DNA of 64,000 nt from the NCBI RefSeq assembly GCF_009914755.1, contig NC_060926.1. One strand, given 5' to 3'. Numbering within the stretch: position 1 is the first letter of the stretch; the number at the start of each line of letters is the position of its first letter. The translations under genes were made by a program, and so were the position numbers. Below the pieces are notes generated by a model. That model made no database searches and had not been told where the DNA came from. It saw only the letters and a list, made by a program, of their open reading frames with translations. Positions 1-15,250 of the stretch are shown here, in pieces. This DNA comes from the human T2T-CHM13v2.0 reference genome, Homo sapiens.

Positions 1-357
1 GGTGATTATAGCCTAAGGAGAAGGGCAACTAAGACTCCACTATTAATCTATCTTATCACAATGGCCTCTATATGTGATGAACAGATGAACATATATATAC
101 CTGTGTCAAAAGAAGAAATGTAAGGCATTGTTTGAAAAAACAATTTCAGGAGTTTAATTGTTTTAAAAAAATTTAAGGAGTTGTTTCCCTTTTTGAATAA
201 AAAGGGAAAGCATTTTTTATGAAGTCCTTTTTAGCTGTTTGTAGAACGCATGATCATATTTAAGAATTCAATGATGGATTGAACCAAATCTAAGATTTCC
301 CTCATTGAAATGTTTAGAGGTGGTACAAAAGTGACTGTGACAGTAATGATCACCATT

Positions 358-470
358 GCTTTATGAGCACTCACGATGTGCCAGGCACCCTTCTATGCTT
401 TTCTTATCCTCAATATGATAGCTGAGGGAACTGAGGCACAAAGAGGTTATTAACTCAAGAAGTAATTAGC
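358..470 (-). mobile_element. MIR fragment
   Basis: gtgccaggcac...gaggGAACTGAGGCACAaagaggtta matches the MIR core in antisense. Confidence 0.6.
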
Positions 471-880
471 AGGGCAGGGAATGTTTGGATATTCTACAGC
501 CTCCTTTTAATCCTTCAGTATTAACCACTACCCTCTAGACAGTTTTATTCTCAATTATTCAAATCATCTGCCTGTGGAGAAGCAACAGCAGTGCTCAGCT
601 GTAAGGCAAGGGCAGGAATCCAAGACTGAGTCAGAGAAACTGAGGTCCACATCCAAACTATCCTCCAGGAAGGACCTTCTGTTTCATAGCATGTTGAAGT
701 GAGGCTTTCTATAATACCTGGAAGGCTGGGGCAGCGGTTTCTCAGCATCTTAAGAATCAGTTTCATAGTGGCACCTCTCCAACTAGGTGGTAGCTCTCTC
801 ATGGGCCTCTTGCCACCCTTTTTATGCCTACAGGACACATGGGCATTTTGCCTGGCACAGCTTAACTCTTTAGTCTTGGA

Positions 881-888
881 GTGTGTTT

Positions 889-927
<39 letters not shown>
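881..927. repeat. (TG)n microsatellite
   Basis: Direct reading of the sequence. Confidence 0.97.
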
Positions 928-929
<2 letters not shown>

Positions 930-3074
930 CATTCTTTTCATAACGCTGTATTTTTGGGAATGGAGGGTAGTAGGGGATGTATCGGAGGATTGATCTGTGC
1001 AGAAGACATGACCCTGAAATTTCCCTCTACTCTATATAGGACCATGTCAAGCTAATCCTTCATTTGGAAACAGATGGAATCTTTAAAAGCGCTATAACAT
1101 CTTTTTAAAAAAAAAAAAATATGTGGCATTTTTTTAATGAGGCCACAATTTTAAGAGAAAATTTGGCACCTGACATTAAGAATGTTTTTATTATACCACC
1201 TTGAGAATAATTTTTATGTGAGATCCTTCTTTTAGCACCCTTGATAATTGTGTGTCATCTGTTTCATGAATCTTGTGTATGTTGAGCTCATGTTTGTGAG
1301 GGGAGGATCCGTTCTTCTCGATCTTAAAGAACATGGACATAGAAGCCACAACCAATATCGCATCAGCTATAGATGAAAATATGAAGAGTCATCATATTTT
1401 AGGATAACTTCAATGGGATCAATTGGCTGAGGTTTTGATTTTGCTAAATTACTCACTTGAAAGAGACCTCTTCTTGAGACCCCTGGTTTTAGTGAAAGCC
1501 TAGAAAAAAAAAATGTGATTTTTGTAAATGGTGAGGCTAGACATAGACAGTGAATCTTCTCATTTTAAAAGCTGTAAAATTTTCTACGCACCATCAACCT
1601 AAACTGAAATTGGTGAGAGTAGGAGTAGGGAAGAGGGATTGAAAGTGGCAATTTATTGTACTCCACACAATCTTTACAGGGAGGGTATTTTATTCCAAGT
1701 GTTTTGTTGGAATTTAACACTGATGCCTTTCAATTGACATTATAATCCCTTACACAGCAGGTAACCTTGACCTTCTGTAGGAGCCCTCAAACATATGAAA
1801 GACATGGGGATCCCTGGAGAAGGTGCTTGTCAGAGCCCCCAGTTCAGTCAGTTCACTGTACCTGTAAATCCTTATAAGGACTTTCCTGATTTTGGTTCTC
1901 TTCTCTAACATGAGTCCCTACTCTACAGCTACATTCTGTGCATTCTCCAGGAATAAATAGAATTTTTTTTCCAATCCTGAAAACTCCAGAGTCCACATTT
2001 ACAACCTAAGGACTCAACCACCCTTTTTGCTTTTAATATTACCATGTATTACATCCAATAGAGTTAGGTTGTAATATTGCCCAACATCAGTTAGTACTTC
2101 TACTTTGTGACTTCTATTTATATAGAGTGAATTAATTGCCAACTCTATTAATCTTGCAAAATCCATGAATCCTTAATGTTCAGTTTGCTTAGAATGAGGA
2201 ACAGTGTATTTGTTTCTTCTTAGCTATGACTTCTTGCTGAGCTTCACATGAGCTCCTTTTAGATAACGTGCCTTCTATCTTGGACGATTTATTCACTTTC
2301 ATGTTCCCTGGAATTTATTGCTAAACGTTGACGTGAATGCTTACAGTTTGGGCTCTAATGTAATCTCCTGAATGGCAATTAATAAATAAAAGATGGTTAC
2401 TATTGCTGACAGAGAATCAGGGCTTTCTCAGATAGTTTTCATCTTCATGTTTTCACTAAACTTCATGTCAGACATCCCTAGGGGCTGATATTATAAAATA
2501 TTTTCTGTAAACTCCAAAGCTTTTACTATTGCTTCTATACACCCAAACCTCTGTGATGCCTTTTGTTTTCTTGTCAGAAATCATCTTATTCAATTTCTGT
2601 TTCTTCAACTTATCTTCCTTCCTGGGAATATAAAAAATATGCCTCTTTCTGGATTTAATAGTGACATATCCTCAGTATTTATGACTTGCAAGTAACACCT
2701 GAAATTTGTCCCTGAAATTTTTTGTATTTTTTTTTTTGCTTAGTCTTATCTCTGTTGCATTTATTGAATATACTCTGTTGAATTTACTGAATACTGAATT
2801 GCACTTACCCTACATTAATAGCCAGTAGGGTTTATAAAATCTAGTGTTTATTGTCATCCTGTATATTGTTCAAAGTGCAAAGTTGTCTCCTATAAGTTAA
2901 TGATGAAACTATAACGCAACATCCAATTTTTGCAGTTTGCCTACTTGACGAGGCTCCAGGGTTAATCTAGCCTAATATTCTTATTTTAGAAATGAGGACA
3001 ATGTAGGGCAGTTTAAGTTGTTTGACCATAATCAAATAGAGGGTGCAGAGCAAATACATCTTTAGACAGTAAAG

Positions 3075-3320
3075 TACATGGTACACAGCAGAAAAGCTGG
3101 AACTAGGCTGCCTCGGCCCAGCTCCTGGTCTGGATGCTTATTAAGTGTTTAACTTTAGACAAGTTATGTCAATGCTGTGTGCCTCAATTTCTGAATCTGT
3201 AAAATGGGGCTAAAAGTAGTACCAGTAGCACAACTATAAGGATTATAGTAAGTTACTGTGGGTGAGGCATTTAGAATAGTGCTTAACACAGACTAAGCAC
3301 TCCATGCATTATTAGCTATT
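3075..3320 (+). mobile_element. MIR
   Basis: MIR core gtgcctcaatttctgaatctgtaaaatgggg and 3' end gtgcttaacacag...attagctatta. Confidence 0.8.
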
Positions 3321-3780
3321 ACGATTATTCATTATGTTGACTATTTTTAACACGTTCGGATCATAGGTAAAGGTGTGTATTGCTATTTCACTTCACATAG
3401 GTATATATATACATCAGTGCTTTTTTGTACTTCTTTTGTATTCCTTAATGCTGTGTGCAGCTGCTAGTAGTAGTGTTCATAGTGGCAGTGATAATAGAAG
3501 CAAAAATAGTGATGATAGTAATAAAAGATAGTGCCGTTTATTGAGCCTTGCTAGGTGCTAGACATTGAAGTAGGTACTTTACATACATAATTCTTAATAG
3601 GTACTCTTGTCTATTGATAAATGACACAGTCGTTTTTTCCCAGAAATGCAAGTAGACTTCATGACAGTAGTCTCCTTCGTAACTGGAAAGGAACATGAGC
3701 TGTGGCCCTGGTGGAAAAGCTTTGACTGTAGAGACAAGAGCCCTGATAGAATTCCTTCTGTCTTAAAGATAATCCTGCTA

Positions 3781-3840
3781 ATATTATATATTATATATAT
3801 ATATATAATATATATATATAATGCTGCTAATATTTATATA
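3781..3840. repeat. (TA)n-rich microsatellite
   Basis: Direct reading of the sequence. Confidence 0.9.
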
Positions 3841-4737
3841 ACCTAATCCTGTTATTGATAATTGAGAGACTAGCTGGGGGTGGGAATGGAGGTCAAGGAA
3901 TGGAGTGGGAGGGGGCAGGTAGAGGGCAAGGCAAACCGCACAAATGAAAAACATTATATACCAGAAAAGCAATGATTCAAATTCAGTTGTGCTCTATATT
4001 TTCTGTTTTATAATTTTATATTGCATTAAAAGGTTGCCTCTTTTCTAGATACCAAATAGGAATACATTCAGAACTATAGCATCGACACAGAAAAGTTGTT
4101 TTCTTTCTTGCTTTGCTTGCTTGATTGATTGATTAAATAAATGGCAGTTACCATACATTAATAGCCAATAGGGTAAGGTAAAGTGTTTAATTAGAAAAAT
4201 CACAGTCACTTCAATGTTCTTTTATTTCCATGCCCAGTATGTTCCTTACTAATCATATGAGCAACCATGGCAATGATAAAAGCTGTCAGGTGTGGGAGTG
4301 CTAGGACGATACTGGAAGAGAAGCTCTCGTCATGTTAGGTGCTTGGTATGTTTGTGTGTGTGTCTGTGAGTATGCATGTGTGTATGTGGGTATTCTCACA
4401 TATGTGAAATCACTCTCATTCACATACATAGTCTCTATAAATAGCTACAGCCTTTCAAATTCATAGGTGTGTGTGTATATGCCTATAGACACACATGCAT
4501 ATACACTTCTGCATAGAGAGAAATGTACCTATAGTCATATTAAATTTTATCACAGCTTTAGAAAAGGAAACAGAGGCTCAGAGAAGTCAAACCACTTGTT
4601 CAAGGTTACAAAAGGTGGCAAAGCTGGAGTATAACCCCAACTCCCACCCACTTAACACCCCTTTTTTGGGATGTCCAGACAGAAATATTCTTAGAACAAT
4701 AGCATTACACCACACTGCCCCATTAGAAGAGGGGTGA

Positions 4738-5061
<324 letters not shown>

Positions 5062-5693
5062 TAAGGATCACAATTATATTTTTGATATTAAAAGTAATTC
5101 ATTTTCCTGATATGTTTTGCCCTTTGGCTTAATGAACATGGAATTGGAGAACACAATATGCAATTTATTTTACAGTGCAAGGCTAAATAAATGTTCTCCT
5201 TCACTTTTCTACAAGGACCAACTGTCATTTACCCTTAGGGTAGGAGCACTAAGTATGCATTTCTTGACATTCTCATTCGAGTCATTAGAGGCAGCATCAA
5301 TCCAAGGACTCCGACTGCATTAATTGGGTAGAAGCAGTTGGGATATTTTGTACTCAAAACTCTCTTCTCACCCTGTTTGTTTCCCAGCATGCAGGCTTTC
5401 TGAGCTGATCAAGGTTAACAAGGCAGCTTTCAGAGAGATTAGTGCTTGAACACATATCAAGCCTTTCATACTACCAGCTAAGCAACCGGTTGTCCCCACT
5501 CCCAGCATCAAGTCTTGCTCGAAGTAACCAGATTTAGGCAGTCAGATCTTCAAAGGGCGCACGTAACCACATAGAAGGGTAGAACTACAGAGTGCTGTTA
5601 TTCATTCTTTTGCATTTTACATGTTAGCGTTTCTCTGTATACTAACTGAGTGTGCCCCTGACCATGGGTATTGATTATTTTTTCTCTGTACAG

Positions 5694-5931
5694 ACGGTCT
5701 GTCTGATAAGAGCTCTCACTCTGGCCAAGGAGCTCTGAATTGTGAGTCTGCCCCTCAGGGGAATTCGGAGCTAGAGGACATGGAAAATAAAGCCAGGAAA
5801 GTCAAAAAAACGAAAGAGAAGGAGAAGAAAAAGGAAAAGGGCAAATTGAAAGTCAAGGAGAAAAAGCGCAAAGAGGAGAATGAAGATCCAGAAAGGAAAA
5901 TAAAGAAGAAGGGCTTCGGCGCCATGCTGAG
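5694..5931 (+). CDS. PARD3B: PARD3B internal coding exon (238 bp, phase 1-2; probably exon 18), Lys/Glu-rich polybasic region
   Basis: Acceptor ttttttctctgtacag|AC at 5693/5694 is in frame with the previous exon (G+AC=Asp); donor AG|gtatgg at 5931/5932. Translates DGLSDKSSHSGQGALNCESAPQGNSELEDMENKARKVKKTKEKEKKKEKGKLKVKEKKRKEENEDPERKIKKKGFGAML(R). Confidence 0.95.
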
Positions 5932-6166
5932 GTATGGGCCTGCTTTGAAGGCAAAGTTGGTTCTCATTTTGTCTCTCCTGGTAAAATCACTCCTTTGTCT
6001 GTACTCAGAAAAAAGCGCACGCTTTTCCTCGTCTTCAGCCAAATGCATACGGCTCTCAATTCTGTGCTCGTTCTCTTTCTGCAGAGGCAGAGGAGCTTTT
6101 TGGGGAAAGTTACAGTGATGACAGGACACTGTCTTAAGTTTGTTGTCAAAGAAAGGTCAACACTAT

Positions 6167-6720
<554 letters not shown>

Positions 6721-6964
6721 AAAAGAAAGGCCAATACTTAGTAGAGGCATGGACAATGCCTGCAGTCCTTTGTACCAAAGTGTTATGAAAATAAATACTT
6801 CCTCTGACACCACAGGGAAAGTGGGAAGTGGGGAAGCCCTATGTGTTACCTCTGGAATACCTCTTTTGAAGCAGGGGAGTCAGGGTAGATGAACCTCATC
6901 CCTCTGTGACTCTAGGTGTGCAGTGGCCGGGCCTCTGGGCACATCACTTGTCACCTCCAGAGGC

Positions 6965-7150
6965 ACTGTGGTACAGGGGAGATGTCACTGGGTCTGGGCT
7001 CTGATGCCCAAGTCTGGATCCATGACTCCCCACACATGAGCAATGGGGCTTCACACACATTGCTTAGCTTCCCTGAGCCTTACTTTCCTTACTTTTAAAA
7101 TGAGGCCAGCATACTTGCTCTACTGACCCAGCACAGTTGTGAGATATGAT
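6965..7150 (+). mobile_element. MIR
   Basis: ccctgagccttactttccttacttttaaaatgagg is MIR-core-like. Confidence 0.6.
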
Positions 7151-8558
7151 TTCATATGCTATACATTCATTGACTAGACGGGGCTCAACATGGCACAGTC
7201 AGAAAACAGCTTTGTTTCTTCTCTCCCCTTCAAGTATAAACTGTTGAGGCTGCCTCTTCCACACCCTGACATCTCAGCTTTCTGGCTGATAGCTTTCTGG
7301 TCACTTTTGGGTAAAAAAAAAAGCAACTTGTTTGTCGGGGGCTAAAATATGCAATCCAATATAAATGAAAGCTTTCTTCCTTTCTGCCTGTTGGACCTGA
7401 ACCACAAGGAGCATCCTATGGTATGGTGGGAGGCAGGATTCCACCTTCTCCTATTTCTCAGTCTTTGGAACCAGGAGACAAAGACAAGATTCAATAGGAT
7501 AGGATTTTACTTAACTGGCATTATCTGGTATAATCTGGCCATCAAGGAATCTTTGTGGCTACTTTTGTGGATTTTTTAGAGTGCTCCTTACTATACCAGT
7601 CACTAATGTAGGTGATTTTCCCACTGACCTATTTCCCTAAGCCTCTGACCTCAGACATATACCCCTGAGTCTCCTTACCCCGGCTGGTAGACTTCTTGGA
7701 CAGTGCCAGTTTGAGACAGCTCTAGCTTAACTTACAGCCACAGCATCTACCTGGCTTATTAGAGTTCCTGATCTCCCACCCTCCAAATGATGCAAGTACA
7801 GCTTGTTCCCACTGTACCGCTCCTCCTCACCCCACCATAGAGATGTTCCAACCAGCCTTGCATCTTCAGACTTCTCCAGCACATCCCACACCAGCTCTGG
7901 GCCTCCTCACTCCAGAAGCACACATCAGACTCTCCCAAGAATGCTGTCATGCATGGGGAAGGGAGGAGGCAGTCAATTTTTGCAAGTCACAAAATAAACA
8001 GGTAGGAAGTGGGGTGACAATCTCCTATTATACAATTACCTCCAAATTCCCTAAGGGGTTTACTTGTAGCCCCCTCACTTATTTTGTTGGGTGTTACAGG
8101 CAGAAGTACCCCTTTCTATTACTGTCTTTACTCCTATAATTTCTTCTCAAATCAATTGATCACTATACTTCTGTGGGCTGAAGGTGAATGATGGGAGATG
8201 ATGGTTTAGGGGCCAGTTTGGCCACCTCTTATGAAACCCTTAGGAGATACCTCATTTAAGAATGCTGCGTGTATTTATTACCAATTGTTCTCATTTTGTG
8301 ATCATCAGCTGAAATTTCTACATAGAAAAGAAAGTTCCATCATTCCATATATAAGTGACATTTAGGGAATACAAATAATCCTCTTAGCAGTGAGCCTTCC
8401 CGTTACATTTCCAGTGCTCATGAAATGCTAAGCAAGGTTCCTCATGCTCAAAATCTTGGGAGCGATGTTGCCCCTGGATGTGTTATGACAAGACTTGCTG
8501 CGGTCCTGCTATCACCTGGGGTGAGGTTACCCCAGCAGGCCTGATGTCATAATAGCTA

Positions 8559-8885
<327 letters not shown>

Positions 8886-9193
8886 CTAGGCATAGTGGCT
8901 CAGGCATGTAATCCCAGCACTTTGAGAGGCTGAGATGGGCAAATCACTTGAGCCCAGGAGTTATAAGACAAGCCTGAACAACATGGCAAAAACCCATTTC
9001 CATAAAAAAAGGAAAAAAACACAAATTAGCTGGGCATGGTGGCATGTGCCTATAGTCCCAGCTACTCAGGAGGCTGAAGTGGGAGGATTGACTTAGCCTG
9101 GGAGGTAGAGGATACAGTGAGCCATGATCCCTTCACTGGACTCCAGCCTGGGCAACAGAGTAAGACCCTATCTCAAAAAATTAAAATTAAAAA
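8886..9193 (+). mobile_element. AluJ
   Basis: Diverged full dimer directly after the AluS. Confidence 0.9.
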
Positions 9194-9617
9194 GAACAAA
9201 ATTTCAGCAAATTGAGTTCTAACAATTGAATTGGATTTTATTAGTGATTCATAAATTGGTCCACATCCCATCTACAGAATAGAAGGGCATTTGAGTGAGA
9301 TGAGCAGAAGGTGTGAGCTTCATAGGCAGAAAAAGACTGAAGAAAGCAGAAACAAGGAACAAAAAAAGGATTGCTCATTTCCAAATTGCATTCCTTATAG
9401 GGTTAAAGTAGAGGGACTTTATCATTCCAGCTCATGTCACTGGTCCTCCTTTGATTAGTTGCTGGGAATCTCCTATATTTTGGGAAACTGACCCATTTCT
9501 AAGTTCAGTTTGATTATGTGGCATGTAGCATGAGTGACTCCATTCTGGTTTGGTCTGGTCTGTTGTGGCCTAGTGCAGGAGCTCAAATAATGGCCTCCCA
9601 TACATTTTATTGAATAT
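9194..9617 (-). mobile_element. ERV1 LTR, MER31-like
   Basis: acaaaatttcagcaaatt...cataggcagaaaaagactgaagaaagcagaaacaagg...aataatggcctcccata resembles MER31 as recalled. Confidence 0.55.
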
Positions 9618-9854
9618 GATCTATAGTATAGTAAATGCCAGATTGGGACAGATGTCCCAATAGACATTCGTCCTGATGGCCTCTGTAGACTCTGTCCTTC
9701 CAGTTGCCATTTTGAATTTTAAACTTGCCCATATTCTAGATAATTATTAGGATTGCCAGAATTTATGAACTGTGAGTTAACCATCTTGATGATAATGACA
9801 ACATGTAATTGCAATATATTTAGATAAGAATTTTGTCTTTGAAGGGATGGAGTT

Positions 9855-10092
9855 GAGAGGTGAAAATTACAGGCTCTGCCTACAGACTTTCTGAGTTCAA
9901 TCCTGGCTTCTCTAATTTTCACTTCTGTAACACTGAGCAAGTTCTTTAACTTCTGTTGTCTCAGTGTCTTCATCTGAAACATGAGAAGCATAATAGAATT
10001 ATCATTTTTATGAGAATCATATTTTATTAGATGTAACATGGTTAGACCTGTGCCTGGCAAGCAATAAACATTCAATAAATGTTAATTATTAT
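9855..10092 (+). mobile_element. MIR
   Basis: gagttcaatcctggctt...gtctcagtgtcttcatctgaaacatgag...gtgcctggca...aataaatgtta. Confidence 0.8.
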
Positions 10093-10548
10093 AGTAAACA
10101 TAATAATGACCCCTGAAGGTGTCTGCATCCCAACCCCCAGTACTTGTGTAAATATTTTGTTACATGACAAAGGAAAATTAAGGTTGCGGGTGGAATTAAG
10201 GTTGTTGATCAGCTGACCTGAACATAAGGTGATTATCCTGCATTTTCCCCAATATACCCAATGTAATCACAAGGAGCCTTAAAGTAAAAGAAGACAAGGT
10301 GACTGTGGAAATGAGGTACAGAGAAATGTAGTGCTGCTGGCTTTCAAGATGGAGGGAGGGGACCATGAGCCAAGGAATGTAGGCAGCCTCTAGAAGCTAG
10401 AAAGGGCAAGGAAATGGATTCTCTCTGGGGAGCACTAGAAAGGAATGCAGCCTAACAACTCCTTGAACACCTTGGTTTTAGCCCTGTTGTGTTCTTTGAA
10501 CCACTGTTTGTTGTAATTTCTTACAGCATCAAATCAAAAACTAATATA
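10093..10548 (+). mobile_element. MaLR LTR, MLT1D/E-like
   Basis: ggaattaaggttg...gagccaaggaatgtaggcagcctctagaagctagaaagggcaaggaaatggattct...aaactaatata. Confidence 0.85.
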
Positions 10549-12555
10549 GTTATCATCATAATTACTTTTACTACTTTTATGATATCATAGTAATGTATAA
10601 GGAAGAGTTTTTTCTTTAAGGTGTTAACGAAAAACACTATTAAAATATTTAACTAAAATAGTCTGTAAATATAAAAACTGTTAGAGCTTCACATATCCCA
10701 TTTTCTAGAATATTACTAAATTAAACCTTAACTTTATATTTTATTTCAGATGATTTGATTTGGCATGTTCATACTTCATTGCCCATAATACAGTGCTGGT
10801 TCTTCCCTTTTATTGTCCCATATATTCTGTATTTTCATGTAGTAGAAATCACAGGTCCTGGATCCTTTAGACATTTAGCACCTCGGGCTTTGTTTCTTTC
10901 CACGATTTTAGCAAAGTTAAGATCTGAAAGGTGGTGTTTGATTTTATCTTCTGTGTAAAAATAGCAACTGTTTTCCATAGCCTTTTGCATCTGAGTTTGT
11001 GAGCATATTGGAGTTACTGCTACATGCACATTTTCAACAACAAAGAACACAAAGCTGTTACCATTAGCCAACAGATTTTGCTTTAATTCTCATCTGTTGC
11101 TCAGATGCTATTGACTTAGTTTCTTTCTTATTTAAAAAAAGATTGATTGCTTTAAGGTTCTCTTGGAGTTAGATGTGTGTTTTAAGTATGTATTATTTTT
11201 TCCGTTATCTGCGTTTCTCAGATGCTCTCCTGAAGATAGGGTATTGGGATGGGTCATGCAGTTATACCATGTAGAATGGCACCTGGCCAAGGGGGTGAAT
11301 GAAGATTTAAATCCTGCCTCCCTTTCCTCACCAAGGCTGGCATCATGAAAATGTGAATGCCTTAGTGGTGTTCTTGTTCTTGTTTGTGAAAAGCTAAGTG
11401 TTTGCACTTTTCTGATATTAGCTGGTCCATTTGTGTCAATAATATGTAGTAGCACAGTTTAACTTCTTAATTTAACCTACTCTTGATCCTTTTGAAAAAA
11501 TTACAGAGGATGTCTTTAATTAATATCTTTATACATGTTGTCTAATTCCAATATGCTTATACTTTGTTGATTTCAGAATTATCTCCTTGCATGATTCAAG
11601 TGTGATTCTTATATAGACCATGAATTATTATTATTATTGTGGAAAAATATGCAGCTCAAGAGCCTACCAATTTTGTAGTTTCTCTGTATGCTCTGTGCTT
11701 AAATTTTTTCATTATATGTTTGAGTTCCATACATATTGTGCTCTTTATGGCACTAACCTGCAGAAAGACTGTTCATGCCCCTTTCAGCCAAAGGGTGAAG
11801 CTCCAGCTCCTTTAAAAGACAAGCCCATTGCTGTCAGTCCTAGGCCACCTTCCTGGGGCCTAGCAGATTTTTCTAGGAGCCAAAGAGAAATATCCTTTGA
11901 CAAAGAAAATTTTACCTTGTCTAAAGTGGAAAACCCAGAGATTAGTTTCTGATTTCTTACTTAATAACCTTGTCAATCCTTATGTTACTTAAACTAAATT
12001 CTGTCATAGATTTATGTTCAAATCCATTTTTTTTATATAATAGCTGCTGTTGTCTCTTTTTGATATTATAGGCCACTCACTTCAAAAACCTTTGAACTGT
12101 CAACTTATTTTGGACACTGAATGGAAAGGTTTGATATGGTTCAGATTCCCTTATCTACAACTTTTATAAAATTTGATCCTAAGAGGAATTATGCCTTGCA
12201 AACTCCTTTTTACTAGACTAATGAAGAACCAAGTACAAACGCTGCCAATAGGAACTTCATCTTTGCTTTTAAAATGTGTTTGCCCATATCATTTGATTAG
12301 TAACATTTATTGAAAGCCTTGTCTTTGCCAAGCACATTCATAATTATTTTTATGCTATATCTATTAATTTATTGTAATCAATAATTAAACTTATCAGTTA
12401 ATTTATTAAAGCCCTATTTTGTATCAGGCACTGTTCTAGGCACTTGACACACAGCAACCAAGTCCTGCTTTAACAGCACTTTTCCTGTCTTAATAAAGGA
12501 AGGAAGGATAAAAACTTTTGAGTTCATTGTGGTGAGATTAAAACAAAAACAAGCA

Positions 12556-12850
<295 letters not shown>

Positions 12851-13854
12851 CCAAACAACAAAACAAAACCCCAAGACAAGCAAAATATTACATAAACATG
12901 TAAACTATTTGTAACAGTGGATTACCCAGGGAGTGAAGGGGATATTCACTAGATATTTCAGGGACAATCCAGTACCCCATCAGCTCGAGGGAATCAATGG
13001 TCAATTTACATGGTGTCAAGCAAGACATCCAGGCCATGGCTCTCACGGAATTTACATTCCAGTGAAGGGAAGAGAATAAACAACTAATCCAAAATAATTG
13101 ATACGATTCCAAATTGTAGTAGGTGCTATGAAAAAGGTAAAGCAGAAAGAATGGTGTCATCCCACCCTTGGTGACGGTCTAACAGCAGAATAGAGTGCAC
13201 ACTGCACACAGCCCAAGCTACACTGAATTTTCAGCAGATACGTTATCAGAATTTAGCACACTATGGTACTAAAGCCAAATCACTTTATGCCTGCTTTTGT
13301 TTTCTTTTTTGCAACTTATAAATATGGGAAGGTTATTTTTAAACCAACTCCACATAGAGCTATAACAAAAAACTAACCCAAACTGTGTCTGTTTTAGTAC
13401 ACAAAACCCTAGGATACCTGCAGTACACATTCTAAGACAGGTGGGCATTAATGTAAATGGTGAACTTGGTTTACAGGTGATTGGATCAACTCTGTTCCTC
13501 CTACCTCATCAGCTGGATATTCTTTATTGTTTCTTCTCAACTCAGATAATGCAAGCATACCTCAAAGATAGACTAGTTCGGTTACATAGTGGAGCATCAG
13601 ACAAAGCTAAATCATGAACCCTTGAGGCAAAGGTATTTTTAACAATCTAGAGGCATCAACTTTTTGTTCCTAAGCCTTACAGATTTTAAGGCATATATGT
13701 TTACTTCATTTTATTCTAAAATATACTATCTATTTTATTTAAACTAGGGGAATTCTATATAAAGACATCCTGCTGTGAATTATTTTAAAAAGAACACTCC
13801 TACACACACATCACACCTACCACTACCACCACAAACAACACACCACCAAATTAG

Positions 13855-13975
13855 CCAAATTAACACTGAACCTAGTTAAAAATCTGTCCCTTAGAAGCTC
13901 TGTGGCCTTCACTACCACCAAATTAATGCTGAACCTAATTAAAAATCTATCCCTTACAAGCTCTGCGGCCTTCAC
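13855..13975. repeat. Two-copy tandem duplication, period 63 bp
   Basis: ccaaattaacactgaacctagttaaaaatctgtcccttagaagctctgtggccttcac (13855-13912) recurs with a few substitutions at 13918-13975. Confidence 0.9.
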
Positions 13976-14119
13976 GAGTCCCTTTGAGTTTCAGTCACCT
14001 CCTCATCAGCAAACTAAGTATAATAACACATCCTGTCCAGGTTGTTGTAAAATTTAAGTTAAACGGTTTAGGTAAGCAAAGCTGTCAGTGTAGTGCCTAA
14101 CTTGATAGACATTACTTCT

Positions 14120-14124
14120 TATCC

Positions 14125-14159
<35 letters not shown>

Positions 14160-14165
14160 ATCTAT
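14120..14165. repeat. (ATCT)n tetranucleotide microsatellite at the L1 tail
   Basis: Direct reading of the sequence. Confidence 0.93.
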
Positions 14166-14295
14166 TTTTCATTGGAAAGTAAAAACTGTCTATATATGGT
14201 ATGCAACATGATGTTTTAATATATATACACAATGTGGAAGGGCTAAAACAAGCTAACATATACATTACCTCACATACTTATTTCTTTCATGGTGA

Positions 14296-14586
<291 letters not shown>

Positions 14587-14922
14587 AATCTACTCTTTTA
14601 GCAAGTTTCAAGTACAAGACATATTGTTTTTAACTGTAGTCACCATGGTGAATAATAGATTGCTTAAATTTATTCCTCCTGTCTAGCTGAAAGTTTGCAT
14701 CCTTTGACCAACATTTCTTCAACCCCTCCATAGCCTAGCCTCTGGTGACCATCATTCTATTCTCTCTTTCCATGAGTTCGACTTTTATACACCTCACATA
14801 TAAGTGAGGTCATATGGTATTTGTCTTTCTGTGTCTGGCTTATTTCACTTACATAATGTCCCCCAGGTTCATCCATGCTGCTGCAAATGACAAGATTTTC
14901 TACTTTTTAATGGCTGAAATAG

Positions 14923-15250
<328 letters not shown>

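Noticed and set aside
699-1055. 118-aa ORF with a CV repeat (similar ORFs at about 35.1-35.5 kb and 48.3-48.6 kb)
   Set aside because: Open frames are created by (TG)n/(CA)n microsatellites.
5755-6129. 124-aa minus-strand Phe/Ser-rich ORF
   Set aside because: Antisense shadow of the Lys/Glu-rich PARD3B exon.
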